Source: Verrucomicrobiia bacterium | GTDB taxonomy: Bacteria; Verrucomicrobiota; Verrucomicrobiia; Limisphaerales; JAUIHU01 | Assembly (NCBI GenBank): GCA_030432175.1 | Contig: JAUIHU010000001.1 | Location: 1-25,199, forward strand | Reading direction: 5' to 3' | DNA length: 25,199 nucleotides | Notes under the pieces: generated by a model | What the model was told of the DNA's origin: nothing | The model's database searches: none | What the model saw: the letters and a program-made list of their open reading frames with translations, nothing else | Position numbers and translations under genes: made by a program | In this document: one piece after another, positions 1-9,658 of the stretch | Layout: each line of letters starts with the position of its first letter | Position numbering within the stretch: position 1 is the first letter of the stretch

Positions 1-4
1 CATT

Positions 5-232
5 ATGAAAAAGCTGAAGAGAATTTTGATACTGAGCCTGCTGGTGGCGGTCGCCGGGTTTGTTGGGGTTGGTTGTAAGACATATAAAATTACCATGTCC
101 AACGGGCAGGAACTCTACTCCAACTCCCGTCCAAGACTGGACGAAGAAGGATACAATTACACCTGGAAAGGGCCGAATGGTGAACAGATGAAACTCAGTC
201 GGATGCGGGTGCGGTCGATTGAGGTTCAGTAA
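5..232 (+). CDS. Small lipoprotein, YgdI/YgdR (DUF903)-like
   Basis: 75 aa. Basic N-terminus, hydrophobic stretch and lipobox-like GVGC. The mature part (YKITMSNGQELYSNSRPRLDEEGYNY...GEQMKLSRMRVRSIE) follows the DUF903 pattern as I recall it. Confidence 0.75.
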   Translation: MKKLKRILILSLLVAVAGFVGVGCKTYKITMSNGQELYSNSRPRLDEEGYNYTWKGPNGEQMKLSRMRVRSIEVQ

Positions 233-382
233 AAGGCTGGATAAACCGTTCCTGCCTGAGCTCGAATAAAGCTGAATTCCACCTCGTCCTATTTTTAAGG
301 GGCGAGATACTTGATCCGATACGCAGGCTCTCACTTCAAGCTCATCTATGAAAGGGTTTGAATGAAATTTTTTTATTCATTT

Positions 383-417
383 TTTGACTATAAGTCAAAT
401 TTAGACTAATAGTCAAA
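383..417. promoter_or_regulatory. Tandem palindromic operator, probable TetR autoregulatory site overlapping the promoter
   Basis: TTTGACT-ata-AGTCAAA (383-399) and TTAGACT-aat-AGTCAAA (401-417), 18 bp period, ending 2 nt before the GTG at 420. TTGACT (384-389) is -35-like, with TAATAG 17 nt downstream (407-412). Confidence 0.75.
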
Positions 418-419
418 AC

Positions 420-1187
420 GTGCAAGATGCCAGAAGCAATCGGAGTGGTTTGAGTCGGAAAGAGCGTGAGCGGCAGCAGCGTGAAGGACTGATTGTCGAG
501 ACAGCTCGGGGAATGATGGCGGCGCAAGGGTATTTGGGGTTGAATATGGATCGTCTGGCAGAGCAGGTCGAGTATTCCAAGGGAACCCTCTATCAGCATT
601 TCAAGACGAAAGAGGACCTGATTCTGGCGGTGGCAGTGGATGCAATGGATGCTCGGCGTGGATTGTTTGCCAGAGCAGATGAGTTTGTGGGTGGGACTCG
701 GGAACGCATCACCGCTTTTGGTGTGGCGGATTATTTGTTCACTCGCATTTACCCGGAGCATTTTCAGATTGAGACACTGGTTCGAGGCGCGTCGTTGTGG
801 GAGAAAACTTCAGATCCTCGCCGGGATCAGTTGAATTCCGGTCAGGAAGGATGTCTTGGGAGGATGGTGAGATTGGTTCAGTTGGCCGCGCAAGAAGGAG
901 ATTACGATCCGAAAATATCGGGTATGAACCCGGAGTCGGTGGCTGAATCATTAAAATCAATTTCAGCCGGGTTTCATTTGACGGCGCCCAATGCTGAGCA
1001 AGATCCGGGAAAAGCATTGGCAAATCATTATCTACGATTGCGGCAGGCGCAGACTATTTTTCTTGATGGTCTTCAGTGGCGTCCTTTGAGCTCTGACTGG
1101 GATTACCATTCGACGCGGCTTCGCGTTATGAGGGAGGTTTTTGATCAGGAATGCCAACAACTTCATTTGATGGAGGATGAAATTTAA
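420..1187 (+). CDS. TetR/AcrR family transcriptional regulator
   Basis: N-terminal HTH signature IVETARGMMAAQGYLGLNMDRLAEQVEYSKGTLYQHFKTKEDL. GTG start, directly upstream of the efflux genes. Confidence 0.93.
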   Translation: MQDARSNRSGLSRKERERQQREGLIVETARGMMAAQGYLGLNMDRLAEQVEYSKGTLYQHFKTKEDLILAVAVDAMDARRGLFARADEFVGGTRERITAFGVADYLFTRIYPEHFQIETLVRGASLWEKTSDPRRDQLNSGQEGCLGRMVRLVQLAAQEGDYDPKISGMNPESVAESLKSISAGFHLTAPNAEQDPGKALANHYLRLRQAQTIFLDGLQWRPLSSDWDYHSTRLRVMREVFDQECQQLHLMEDEI

Positions 1188-1208
1188 TACTTAACCCGGA
1201 CAGGAGAA

Positions 1209-2372
1209 ATGAAGATTCAGAATTGTTTTTCAATGAATTTGGAAACGTGGAAAGTGAGTGGCGTTTTAGTAGCGCTTTCAATCCTGGCGCTGGCGATTGC
1301 TGGTTGTGGAGGCTCTCATGAAACTGAGCCCACGCCAGCGTCTGCAGAACCGCTTCCAGTTGAGGTCTGGTCGGTGCATTTCGAAGAAGGATATGAAATT
1401 CCGGTTCAGTTCACTGGTTTAGTAGAAGCAGCGCGTGAAAGCTGGATTGGATTTGAACTGAATGGAACCTTGAAACGTGTTCTGGGTGTGGAAGGTCAAC
1501 GAGTCAAAGCGGGAGAGGCGCTCGCGGAAATGGAAGATTCTCGACTCCGAGCAGCGTTGCGTGAAGCCAGGGCGGGTTTGGATCAGGCGACTTCTCAAAG
1601 CGAACTGGCCAACTGGTCGCTGGACCGGACCCGTGAGGCTTTTGATCTCAAGGCGGTTTCGGATCTGGAATGGGAAAACACCCGGAGCCAGGCTGAAGTC
1701 GCCTCTGCCAGTTTGGAGGCTGCGCGAGCAAAAGTTCAGGCGCTGGAGGTGGACTTGGAAAAGCATACCATTCGGGCGCCGTTTGATGGTTGGATCGTGG
1801 AAAATCCCTTGGACGAAGGCGCTTTTGCCGGGCCTGGAAAATCAGTTCTCAGGTTGGTGGAAGCAGCGCCACTGCGGGCGCGTATCGCTGTGGCAGTGGA
1901 GGTCGCAGGGGAGTTGAATCCTGGCATGCAAATCACCCTGAAGCATAATCGCAGGGATTTGGATTTGACGGCAACAGTCGAGAAAGTTTCTCCAGAAATA
2001 CAACAGCAAACTCATTCCCGCTGGGTCTGGTTCCGGCTGGAGCATGACGTTGACTCCGGGGACGTCTGGTCAGGGGATCTGGTGGAATACAGGCCAAAGC
2101 TGAAACGGTCAGGAAAAGGCTGTTGGATTCCTGTGACTGCCCTGACTGAAAGTTATCGAGGTTTGTGGTCCTGCTATGCGGTTGTGCCGGATGAAACAAA
2201 CGAAAAAGGTTGGCGCGTGGATCGCCGGGATTTGGAGACGCTGGCTCTGGATGGTGAACGAGTTTACGTGCGTGGGGATTTATTGGAAGGCGAACAAATT
2301 ATTGCCCGCGGCGCCCATCGTGTCGCAGATGGGCAAGCGGTAAGAGTGGTTTCCGAACTGGATGAGATTTAA
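1209..2372 (+). CDS. RND efflux periplasmic adaptor (membrane fusion protein), probable lipoprotein
   Basis: Lipobox-like IAGC. Lipoyl-half motifs (IGFELNGTLKRVLGVEGQRVKAGEALA; IRAPFDGWI) flank a coiled-coil hairpin; C-terminal GDLLEGEQIIARGA. Start could alternatively be the ATG at 1233. Confidence 0.92.
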   Translation: MKIQNCFSMNLETWKVSGVLVALSILALAIAGCGGSHETEPTPASAEPLPVEVWSVHFEEGYEIPVQFTGLVEAARESWIGFELNGTLKRVLGVEGQRVKAGEALAEMEDSRLRAALREARAGLDQATSQSELANWSLDRTREAFDLKAVSDLEWENTRSQAEVASASLEAARAKVQALEVDLEKHTIRAPFDGWIVENPLDEGAFAGPGKSVLRLVEAAPLRARIAVAVEVAGELNPGMQITLKHNRRDLDLTATVEKVSPEIQQQTHSRWVWFRLEHDVDSGDVWSGDLVEYRPKLKRSGKGCWIPVTALTESYRGLWSCYAVVPDETNEKGWRVDRRDLETLALDGERVYVRGDLLEGEQIIARGAHRVADGQAVRVVSELDEI

Positions 2373-2390
2373 ACACTTTGCCACAAAGGC

Positions 2391-5300
2391 ATGCGCAAAA
2401 ATCCAAGGCGAATTGTGAATCTGTTTACTTTATTTTATCGCAATCCGAGAGCTTTGATTCTGGCGATTGCAGGGATCCTTCTGGCGGGTGTGGTTTCTGT
2501 GCTGACACTACCACGCATGGAAGATCCACGACTCAAAAATCGAGTAGCTATCCTCCTCACCCCCTGGCCGGGAGCTTCTGCAGAACGTGTTGAAGCGCTA
2601 GTGACGGATCCAATTGAAGACAAGCTGAGAGAGTTGTCAGATTTTGAACTCATTGAATCCGTTTCAAGAACCGGACTTTCGTACATTCTGGTTGAGTTGA
2701 AAGCGTCGATAACAGAAACGGAGAAATACTGGTCAAAGGTGCGCGCCAAGGTGCGGGATGCGGAACCACTTTTACCGTCGGGTGTTGGAGCGACTACGAT
2801 GGACGATACACGTGGAGCGTTGGCTTTTTCGTTGATCGTCGGTCTAAGCTGGAGTCATGAGGGGGATCCGGAGCTGGGGATTCTTAAGCGGCAAGCGGAG
2901 GAGTTGGCGGATCGGTTACGTGGTGTTTCAGGAACCAAAGTTGTCCAACTTTTCGGTGAGCCCGAGGAAGAAGTATTGGTGGAATTGGATCCGGCAAAAA
3001 TGTCTGCCACAGGACTGGATCCAGGGCAAATTGCTCAAAGCCTGCAGCAGGCGGATCCGAAGGAAGGGGGTGGAACTTTTCGGTCTCAAACTTTCAAAGC
3101 AGTCATGGAGCTTCAGGGGGAATTGGATTCGTTGAATCGAATTGCCGAGGTCCCGATAATCAGCTCTCAGGGTGGTCCGATACTGGCTTTGGGAGAACTG
3201 GCGGAGATTCGAAAAACCTGGAAAACGCCTCAATCAGAAATGGCGCGAGTGCATGGGAAGCCTGGGATCATCGTTGCTGCACGGATCGAAGATTCTCAAC
3301 AGATCGATCAATGGACGGAGAATGCGCTGGACGTACTGGGCGGCTTCGAATCTGGATTGGGTCCGGGAGTCGAGTTGGTTCCGATTTTTACCGAGAATGA
3401 ATACACGCGGGATCGATTGCAGAACCTGACCCGGAACCTGTTGATTGGGGCGACTCTGGTGACGTTTGTGGTATTTGTCATGATGGGTTGGAAATCGGCT
3501 GTGATTGTTGCCGCTGCGCTTCCTTTGTCGGTCAGTGTGGCATTGTTTGGATTGAACCTGCTGGGCGTGCCGTTGCATCAGATCTCCATCACGGGCCTGA
3601 TCATTGCATTGGGGTTGTTGATTGATAATGCCATCGTCATGGTCGATGAAGTTCGGGTTCGAATGGCCAAAGGAGATGATCCATTGCCAGCGATTCTGGG
3701 CGCCGCTCAATTGCTATGGATCCCGTTGTTAGGCTCCACACTGACAACCACCTTAGCGTTCATGCCGATACTTTTGTTGCCTGGCAACACCGGTGAATTT
3801 GTGGAAACGATCGCGCTGTCGGTGATCCTGGCCATCCTTAGTTCATTCGGTATTTCCATGACACTAATTCCGGCGTTGACCGGGCGATTCGGGATGAAAT
3901 CAATTCAGGTTGAGCATTACGTCTGGTGGCGGCATGGGATTCATTTGCCTGGATTCTCTGCCGGGTTCAGGAAATTGATTTTGCTCTGTGCCAGGCGCCC
4001 GGTGGTCGGCTTGGCGATCGGACTGTTGGCTCCGGCTCTTGGGTTTGTTTTAGCTCCAGGATTGAAGAAGCAATTCTTTCCGCCTGCGGATCGAAATCAG
4101 TTTTACATACAAGTGTGGGCGGACCCGGGAGCTTCGATTGATTTTGTGGAGGAACGCACAGGGCTGATGGATGATTTGCTGCGGAGCAGAGACGGGATTG
4201 AATCCGTAGACTGGGTGATGGGCAATGGAGCCCCGCCGTTTTATTACAACATGATGATGGGGCAGGACGGGAATGAATCTTATGCGCAAGCGTTGATACA
4301 CACACGAGACTCCGAAACGGCTATCCAGTTAGCGGAAGAACTGCAAACGGAACTGGATGAGAAGTTTCCTGACCTGTTGACAGTGGTCAGGATTTTAGGT
4401 CAGGGACCGCCAGTCAGCGCTCCGTTGGAAGTACGGGTGATTGGTCCATCGGTTGACACTCTGCGAGAAATCGGGGAGGCGTTGCGGGCGAGGATGCAAC
4501 GTTTACCGGATGTGACGCACACGTCCACATCAATACGTCGGTCGGATCCCAAAATGGTGTGGGAGATTGACGAGCGATCGGTTGAGCCGCTGGGATTGGG
4601 GTTGAGAGATATTGTGAGGCAGACCCGTTACCAGCTCGATGGAGTTGTTGGTGGATCCTGGTTGGAAGGAGCTGAGGAACTACCGGTGAGGGTGAGGTTT
4701 CCGGAGGATTGGCGAAGCTCTCTTCTGAATATGCGATCCTTGAACCTGCCTTTAGGAGAAACCGGGGAATGGATTTCCATGGCGGCTCTTGGAGAATGGA
4801 AACTCAAACCGGAATTGAATGCAGTGACTCGACGCAATGGGGTTCGCTACAATACGGTAAAAGGATATCTGAATACGGAAGCGTTGCCTCCAGAAGTCAC
4901 CGCTGCGTTGATGAGGAATTTAGAAAAGGAGCATTTTGAGATTCCGGACGGGTATCAGATTCAACTTGGCGGGGACACTGAACAGCAGGACAAATCGGTC
5001 AGGGAGCTGTTTGCTTTTGCGCCGGTATTGGCAGCGTTGATGGTAGCGGTGATAGTATTGTCTTTTCAGTCCTTCCTGTTGGCGGCTGCGTTGGGAGTGG
5101 TGGCGTTGATGTCGGTCGGGCTGGGTTTTCTTGGGATTGCCTTTTCAGGGTATCCTTATGGATTCATGGCGATCATTGGCACTGCCGGACTGATTGGGGT
5201 AGCGATCAATGACAGCATTGTGGCTTTGGCTTCCATTCGAGGAAACCCTCAAGCTCGAAAGGGAGATGCGCAGGCGGTGACGGATGAAGTGATGCACTGT

Positions 5301-5507
5301 TCGCGCCATATTCTGTCCACGACACTCACCACCATCGGAGGATTTCTGCCATTGTTGCTGGGAGGAAACGCTTTCTGGGTACCATTGGCAGTGGTGATTG
5401 CTGGAGGTGTTTCCGGCGCGACAATTCTGGCGCTGGTTTTTATCCCGTCAGTTTACATGCAGTTGCTCCGGTGGAAGCCCGGTTTGGGAGCAAGCGTTCA
5501 AAACTAA
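2391..5507 (+). CDS. RND efflux permease (AcrB/AcrD/AcrF family)
   Basis: 1038 aa with RND topology: N-terminal [19 protein letters not shown] porter motif, TM4 [12 protein letters not shown], a second periplasmic loop, and C-terminal TM bundle with [17 protein letters not shown]. Confidence 0.95.
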   Translation: MRKNPRRIVNLFTLFYRNPRALILAIAGILLAGVVSVLTLPRMEDPRLKNRVAILLTPWPGASAERVEALVTDPIEDKLRELSDFELIESVSRTGLSYILVELKASITETEKYWSKVRAKVRDAEPLLPSGVGATTMDDTRGALAFSLIVGLSWSHEGDPELGILKRQAEELADRLRGVSGTKVVQLFGEPEEEVLVELDPAKMSATGLDPGQIAQSLQQADPKEGGGTFRSQTFKAVMELQGELDSLNRIAEVPIISSQGGPILALGELAEIRKTWKTPQSEMARVHGKPGIIVAARIEDSQQIDQWTENALDVLGGFESGLGPGVELVPIFTENEYTRDRLQNLTRNLLIGATLVTFVVFVMMGWKSAVIVAAALPLSVSVALFGLNLLGVPLHQISITGLIIALGLLIDNAIVMVDEVRVRMAKGDDPLPAILGAAQLLWIPLLGSTLTTTLAFMPILLLPGNTGEFVETIALSVILAILSSFGISMTLIPALTGRFGMKSIQVEHYVWWRHGIHLPGFSAGFRKLILLCARRPVVGLAIGLLAPALGFVLAPGLKKQFFPPADRNQFYIQVWADPGASIDFVEERTGLMDDLLRSRDGIESVDWVMGNGAPPFYYNMMMGQDGNESYAQALIHTRDSETAIQLAEELQTELDEKFPDLLTVVRILGQGPPVSAPLEVRVIGPSVDTLREIGEALRARMQRLPDVTHTSTSIRRSDPKMVWEIDERSVEPLGLGLRDIVRQTRYQLDGVVGGSWLEGAEELPVRVRFPEDWRSSLLNMRSLNLPLGETGEWISMAALGEWKLKPELNAVTRRNGVRYNTVKGYLNTEALPPEVTAALMRNLEKEHFEIPDGYQIQLGGDTEQQDKSVRELFAFAPVLAALMVAVIVLSFQSFLLAAALGVVALMSVGLGFLGIAFSGYPYGFMAIIGTAGLIGVAINDSIVALASIRGNPQARKGDAQAVTDEVMHCSRHILSTTLTTIGGFLPLLLGGNAFWVPLAVVIAGGVSGATILALVFIPSVYMQLLRWKPGLGASVQN

Positions 5508-5523
5508 ATATATTTGTAATTAT

Positions 5524-7029
5524 ATGAATAAATTTGTGTTTATAATTACTGGAACTGCTGGCTTCTTGCTGGGTGTTGTTGGGTGTTCGGTTGGGAAAGA
5601 TTATGAACGCCCTGATCCGTTTCAGGGAGCGCTTTCAGAAGGATCGGAGTGGTCAGGGCTGTCAGGTGTTGAAGGAGCCGAACCAGCTGATCTTTTGGAG
5701 TGGTGGAAAGGTTGGGAGAATCCTGAATTGTTCGCCTGGATCGAACTTGCGCTGCAGCAAAGTCCAACATTGGAGCAGGCTGAGGCGCGGATTCTGGAAG
5801 CCAGAGCGGGAAGGTTGAATGCGAGATCCAGGTGGTGGCCGAATCTGAATCTGTACGGAGATGCTGTGCGGAATCGACTCAGTGAAAACGGGGTAGGCGC
5901 TGGATCAGCTGCGGCCTCTGCAGGTTTGGTTGATTTTGAAAACAGTTTCTTTCAAACCGGGTTTGATGCAAGTTGGGAAATTGATGTATTTGGGGGAACG
6001 AGACGAGCTGCTCAAGCGGGACAGGCACGATTGGAAAGCTCTGAAGCGAGGAGGGAAGCAGCTCGTTTGACACTGGCTTCTGAGGTGGCTCGCGCTTGGT
6101 TGGATTGGCGGTATTTGCAATTACAGTTGGATTTGCAGAATCAACAAGTTGCTGTTCTGAAAGAGCGGCAGGATTTATGGAATCGCAAACTGGAACTGGG
6201 ACTATGTAGTGAGATTGATTTTGATCGCAGGATGGCTGAACTGCGGTCCGCTGAAGCAGAAACACCGGCGATGGAAACAAATGTGCGATCTGCGAAGAAC
6301 CAGTTAATGGCGCTCGCGGGAATTCCGGCGAATCAAGAACTTCCGGAGGATGTGTCTTTCAGGGATAGCGGTATGACAACTGCGGACTGGATCAAGCTGC
6401 CTGAGCTTGGTGTTGGGGCTCCGGCAGCGTGGTTATTGCGACGCCCCGACTTGAAAGCTGCGGAAAGAGACTTGGCTGCGGCTGTTGCAGAAACAGGGGT
6501 TGCGAAGGCGGAATGGTATCCACGTTTCTTTCTGATAGGGACAGCCGGGTTGGAAAGCGGAAGTTTGACGGATTTATTCATGACTCAAAGTCGGACCTGG
6601 ACGATTGGGCCGAGTGTTCGGTGGTCTATATTTCAGGGAGGACGAATTCGCGCTGGAATACAAAGGAGTCAGGCTCGCGCTCAGCAGGCGTTAGCACGTT
6701 ATAAAGAGATCGGGTTAATCGCTATCACGGAAGTGGAAACCGGAATCATTGCTGCGCAGAATATGAGAACCAGCAAACAAAAAATGGAGCAGGCAGAGAA
6801 CAGTTCGCAAAAGGCGTGGCTGAAAGCTGAAGCGCTTCACAAACACGGTTTAATCGACCCTGGGCAAGCATTGGAACTACAATTGGAATGGCTGGGAATC
6901 AAAAGACAAGTGACCCGGGCAGGTCATGAAGAAGCGTTGGCGCTGGTGAGTCTTTGCAAGGCGTTGGGAGGAGGATGGGAAAAACGAGGTAGCGAAAGCG
7001 AAATTGCGGGTGTGACATTTGAAAATTGA
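5524..7029 (+). CDS. Outer-membrane efflux lipoprotein (OprM/NodT/TolC family)
   Basis: The ATG at 5524 gives MNKFVFIITGTAGFLLGVVGC with a lipobox. Motifs ASWEIDVFGGTRR, LLRRPDLKAAERDLAAA..G.AKAEWYP and SLCKALGGGW are typical of this family. The ORF-track start at 5398 overlaps the permease and is unlikely. Confidence 0.93.
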   Translation: MNKFVFIITGTAGFLLGVVGCSVGKDYERPDPFQGALSEGSEWSGLSGVEGAEPADLLEWWKGWENPELFAWIELALQQSPTLEQAEARILEARAGRLNARSRWWPNLNLYGDAVRNRLSENGVGAGSAAASAGLVDFENSFFQTGFDASWEIDVFGGTRRAAQAGQARLESSEARREAARLTLASEVARAWLDWRYLQLQLDLQNQQVAVLKERQDLWNRKLELGLCSEIDFDRRMAELRSAEAETPAMETNVRSAKNQLMALAGIPANQELPEDVSFRDSGMTTADWIKLPELGVGAPAAWLLRRPDLKAAERDLAAAVAETGVAKAEWYPRFFLIGTAGLESGSLTDLFMTQSRTWTIGPSVRWSIFQGGRIRAGIQRSQARAQQALARYKEIGLIAITEVETGIIAAQNMRTSKQKMEQAENSSQKAWLKAEALHKHGLIDPGQALELQLEWLGIKRQVTRAGHEEALALVSLCKALGGGWEKRGSESEIAGVTFEN

Positions 7030-7067
7030 CCTTGAACAAACTATTTAGGATATTCGTCTATATCCTT

Positions 7068-8465
7068 ATGAACCATTCTGAAAAAACACAGGGCAATTCG
7101 TCGTCCGCGACCTCTTCCCGTCGCGAATTTATTAAAGACACCAGCACAGTGGCAGCGGCTACAGCGTTGGCAGGAGTAGCAGTCCCGCACGTGCATGCTG
7201 CTGAAAAGAACACAATCAATGTTGTGTTGGTCGGGTGTGGCGGGCGTGGAACCGGCGCAGCTCAAAACGCTTTGTCAGTCCAAAACGGTCCAATCAAGCT
7301 GGTAGCCATGGCGGATGTTTTTGAGAACCGCCTGAACAGCAGCTACGAAGCTCTTAGTGGTCGATTCAAAGATCAGGTGGACGTTCCTGCTGATCGCAAG
7401 TTTATTGGATTCGACGCATACAAGAAAGCCATCGACTGCCTGAGCCCTGGGGATGTGGCCATTTTTGCAACTCCTCCCGGATTCCGTTGGGTTCATTTCA
7501 CCTACGCCATTGAAAAAGGAATCAATGTGTTTATGGAGAAACCAGTCACGGTGGATGGTCCAACGACTCGCCGAATGATTGATTTGTATGAAAAAGCCAA
7601 GGAAAAAAATCTGAAAGTCGGCGTTGGTTTGATGGTGCGTCACTGTAAAGCGCGTCAGGAATTGAAACGCCGCATTGATGATGGGGAAATCGGCGATATT
7701 ATCACGATGCGCGCTTACCGCATGGCAGGGCCAATGGTGGGCTTTGCGGGACCGAATCCGGGTCAGTTGAGTGATCTGATGTACCAGATCCAGCAATTCC
7801 ACAGCTTCCTGTGGGCCAGTGGTGGAACCTTCAACGATTTCTATATTCACCAGGTCGACGAATGTTCCTGGATGAAAGGATCGTGGCCAGTTAGCGCTAA
7901 AGCCAGTGGTGGACGTCACTATCGAGGTGACGCTATTGACCAGAACTTTGATAACTACTCAGTCGAGTACACTTACGAAGACGGAACCAAGTTCTGGATG
8001 TACGGACGGAACATTGGTGGATGTCACAACGAGTTTGCCAGTTACGCGCATGGGTCCAAAGGACTCGGCATCGTTTCGACATCCTCTCACACTCCAGGGC
8101 GTTGCCGGATTTACAAAGGTCACAACATCAGTCGTCGGAATGAGACTTGGGCGTTCCCTCAGCCGGAACAGAACCCTTATCAACTGGAGTGGGATGACTT
8201 GATTCATGCGATCCGCAACGATGAGGAGTACAACGAAGTCAAGCGTGGAGCTGAAGCCAGCCTGGTCAGTTCCATGGGTCGTATGGCCGCTCACACCGGG
8301 CAAGTCATTACATTTGATGATCTGCTGAATGGGGATCATGAGTTTGCTCCGGATATCGATAAGTTGACTCTGTCATCCGAGCCGCCATTGAAGAAAGGTC
8401 CGGACGGTAAGTATCCAGTGCCAATGCCTGGCATCAACCGCCGTCAGGAATATTACGAAGATTGA
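7068..8465 (+). CDS. Gfo/Idh/MocA family oxidoreductase with twin-arginine (Tat) signal peptide
   Basis: SRREFIK Tat motif (7116-7136), hydrophobic segment and VHA|AE cleavage site. Rossmann motif VVLVGCGGRGTGAA and FMEKPV motif. ATG at 7068 preferred to TTG at 7026. Confidence 0.9.
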   Translation: MNHSEKTQGNSSSATSSRREFIKDTSTVAAATALAGVAVPHVHAAEKNTINVVLVGCGGRGTGAAQNALSVQNGPIKLVAMADVFENRLNSSYEALSGRFKDQVDVPADRKFIGFDAYKKAIDCLSPGDVAIFATPPGFRWVHFTYAIEKGINVFMEKPVTVDGPTTRRMIDLYEKAKEKNLKVGVGLMVRHCKARQELKRRIDDGEIGDIITMRAYRMAGPMVGFAGPNPGQLSDLMYQIQQFHSFLWASGGTFNDFYIHQVDECSWMKGSWPVSAKASGGRHYRGDAIDQNFDNYSVEYTYEDGTKFWMYGRNIGGCHNEFASYAHGSKGLGIVSTSSHTPGRCRIYKGHNISRRNETWAFPQPEQNPYQLEWDDLIHAIRNDEEYNEVKRGAEASLVSSMGRMAAHTGQVITFDDLLNGDHEFAPDIDKLTLSSEPPLKKGPDGKYPVPMPGINRRQEYYED

Positions 8466-8544
8466 TCCTTATTGTCCGGAGAACATTTTCCGGATGGTTT
8501 AGATCATCCCAGAGCATTTTTGTTTTGGTAATCGCTTTTTCAGG

Positions 8545-8583
8545 ACCTTCCCGGATTCATGTAGAATCCAGGAAGGTTTTTTG
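8545..8583 (+). terminator. Probable intrinsic terminator after the oxidoreductase
   Basis: ACCTTCC-C-GGATTC, loop ATGTA, GAATCC-A-GGAAGGT: a 13-bp stem with one mismatch, followed by a T run. Confidence 0.7.
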
Positions 8584-8688
8584 ATTTTCTCAGCACATAC
8601 CTAAGAAGCGATCGCTCGCACAGGAACAACGACACCAATCAATAAATGAAGTTTCATTTTGCGGCAAAATAAGCATACTATTGGAATC

Positions 8689-9597
8689 ATGACTGATTAC
8701 AATTCCAACAACACACCTGCAGCGCTTCTCAAGGAGTGGTTGGACAGGGCTTTGTCGGAAACAACTGCGGGCTGGTTGCAGTCAGGCCTGGAGAAAGCTG
8801 ACGATCCGGTTTCTGATCAAGGTTTCTATGTGGCATTTGGAATGGTCCCAAGGAAGCTCGGCAAAGCGACTTTAGAATTGAACGATGAGGATTTGCAGAA
8901 AGCTGACGCAAGCCGTAAGGGGTGGCGTCCTCAAGGCTTGAGTGTTGATCAGGCAGCGAGATTGTTACTGACATTGAATCGTTCGGTCATTATGGGGGAT
9001 CGGTTTCCAGACTGGCTCGATCAATTGATTGCCACAGGAGATGTCGCGGAGCAGGTTGCTCTTTATCGAGGATTGCCATTGTTTCCGTATGACAAGAAAT
9101 TGTCGTTAAGAGCGCAGGAAGGATTGCGGACCAATATCAAGACCGTGTTTGAAGCCATTGCGCATGACAGTCCATTTCCCGCAGAGTATTTTGAAGAAAA
9201 CGCTTGGAACCACATGGTTTTGAAAGCGTTGTTTATAGGCAGCGCTCTTTATCCGATCCAGGGAATTGATCAACGGACTAATGTTCAACTCACCCGCATG
9301 CTGACGCAATACGCGCATGAACGATGGGCGGCAAAACGAGTGATCAGTCCTGAGTTGTGGCGATGTGTCGGGCGTTGTCCGAATGATAGCGCGCTGGACG
9401 ATTTGAAGCGGGTGATATCGAGTAGCGACGAGCTGGAAAATCGGGCTGCGGTTCTGGCTTTAAACGATTTCCCTGAGAAAAATGAATTAGTTGAAGGACT
9501 CCTTCAAACACAGACGGAGCTTTTGGCAGCAATTAAGAATGGAGAACTGACTTGGGATCGGCTTGGAGTTCAGGTAGCTGAAGGTTCCGGACAGTGA
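8689..9597 (+). CDS. eboA: EboA-domain protein
   Basis: Motifs AFGMVPRKLGK, SVDQAARLLL, EQVALYRGLPL, EGLRTNIKTVFEAIAH.SPFPAEYFEENAWNHMVLKALF match EboA-family proteins as I recall them. Adjacent to an EboB-like TatD gene. ATG at 8689 preferred to TTG at 8659. Confidence 0.8.
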   Translation: MTDYNSNNTPAALLKEWLDRALSETTAGWLQSGLEKADDPVSDQGFYVAFGMVPRKLGKATLELNDEDLQKADASRKGWRPQGLSVDQAARLLLTLNRSVIMGDRFPDWLDQLIATGDVAEQVALYRGLPLFPYDKKLSLRAQEGLRTNIKTVFEAIAHDSPFPAEYFEENAWNHMVLKALFIGSALYPIQGIDQRTNVQLTRMLTQYAHERWAAKRVISPELWRCVGRCPNDSALDDLKRVISSSDELENRAAVLALNDFPEKNELVEGLLQTQTELLAAIKNGELTWDRLGVQVAEGSGQ

Positions 9598-9658
9598 ATC
9601 AAGAGACATTCACTAGACACGCTAAGCCAATCTATTGAAATAGAAGAGTTGATTTACA

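Noticed and set aside
283-306. Weak hairpin after the DUF903-like lipoprotein gene
   Set aside because: 8-bp stem with two G-U pairs and no following T tract; insufficient to call a terminator.
342-761. 139-aa minus-strand ORF overlapping tetR and its operator
   Set aside because: Antisense shadow of a well-supported TetR gene, with no recognisable motifs.
5398-5523. Extended N-terminus of the outer-membrane factor given in the ORF track
   Set aside because: Overlaps the permease by 110 nt; the ATG at 5524 yields a proper lipoprotein signal.
7026-7067. TTG start for the oxidoreductase, and an AGGATAT/ATATCCT inverted repeat at 7047-7066
   Set aside because: The ATG at 7068 gives a normal Tat leader. 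A single 7-bp inverted repeat is too weak to call as an operator.
7275-8339. Minus-strand ORFs of 214 and 126 aa
   Set aside because: They lie wholly antisense to the Gfo/Idh/MocA gene and show no domain signal.
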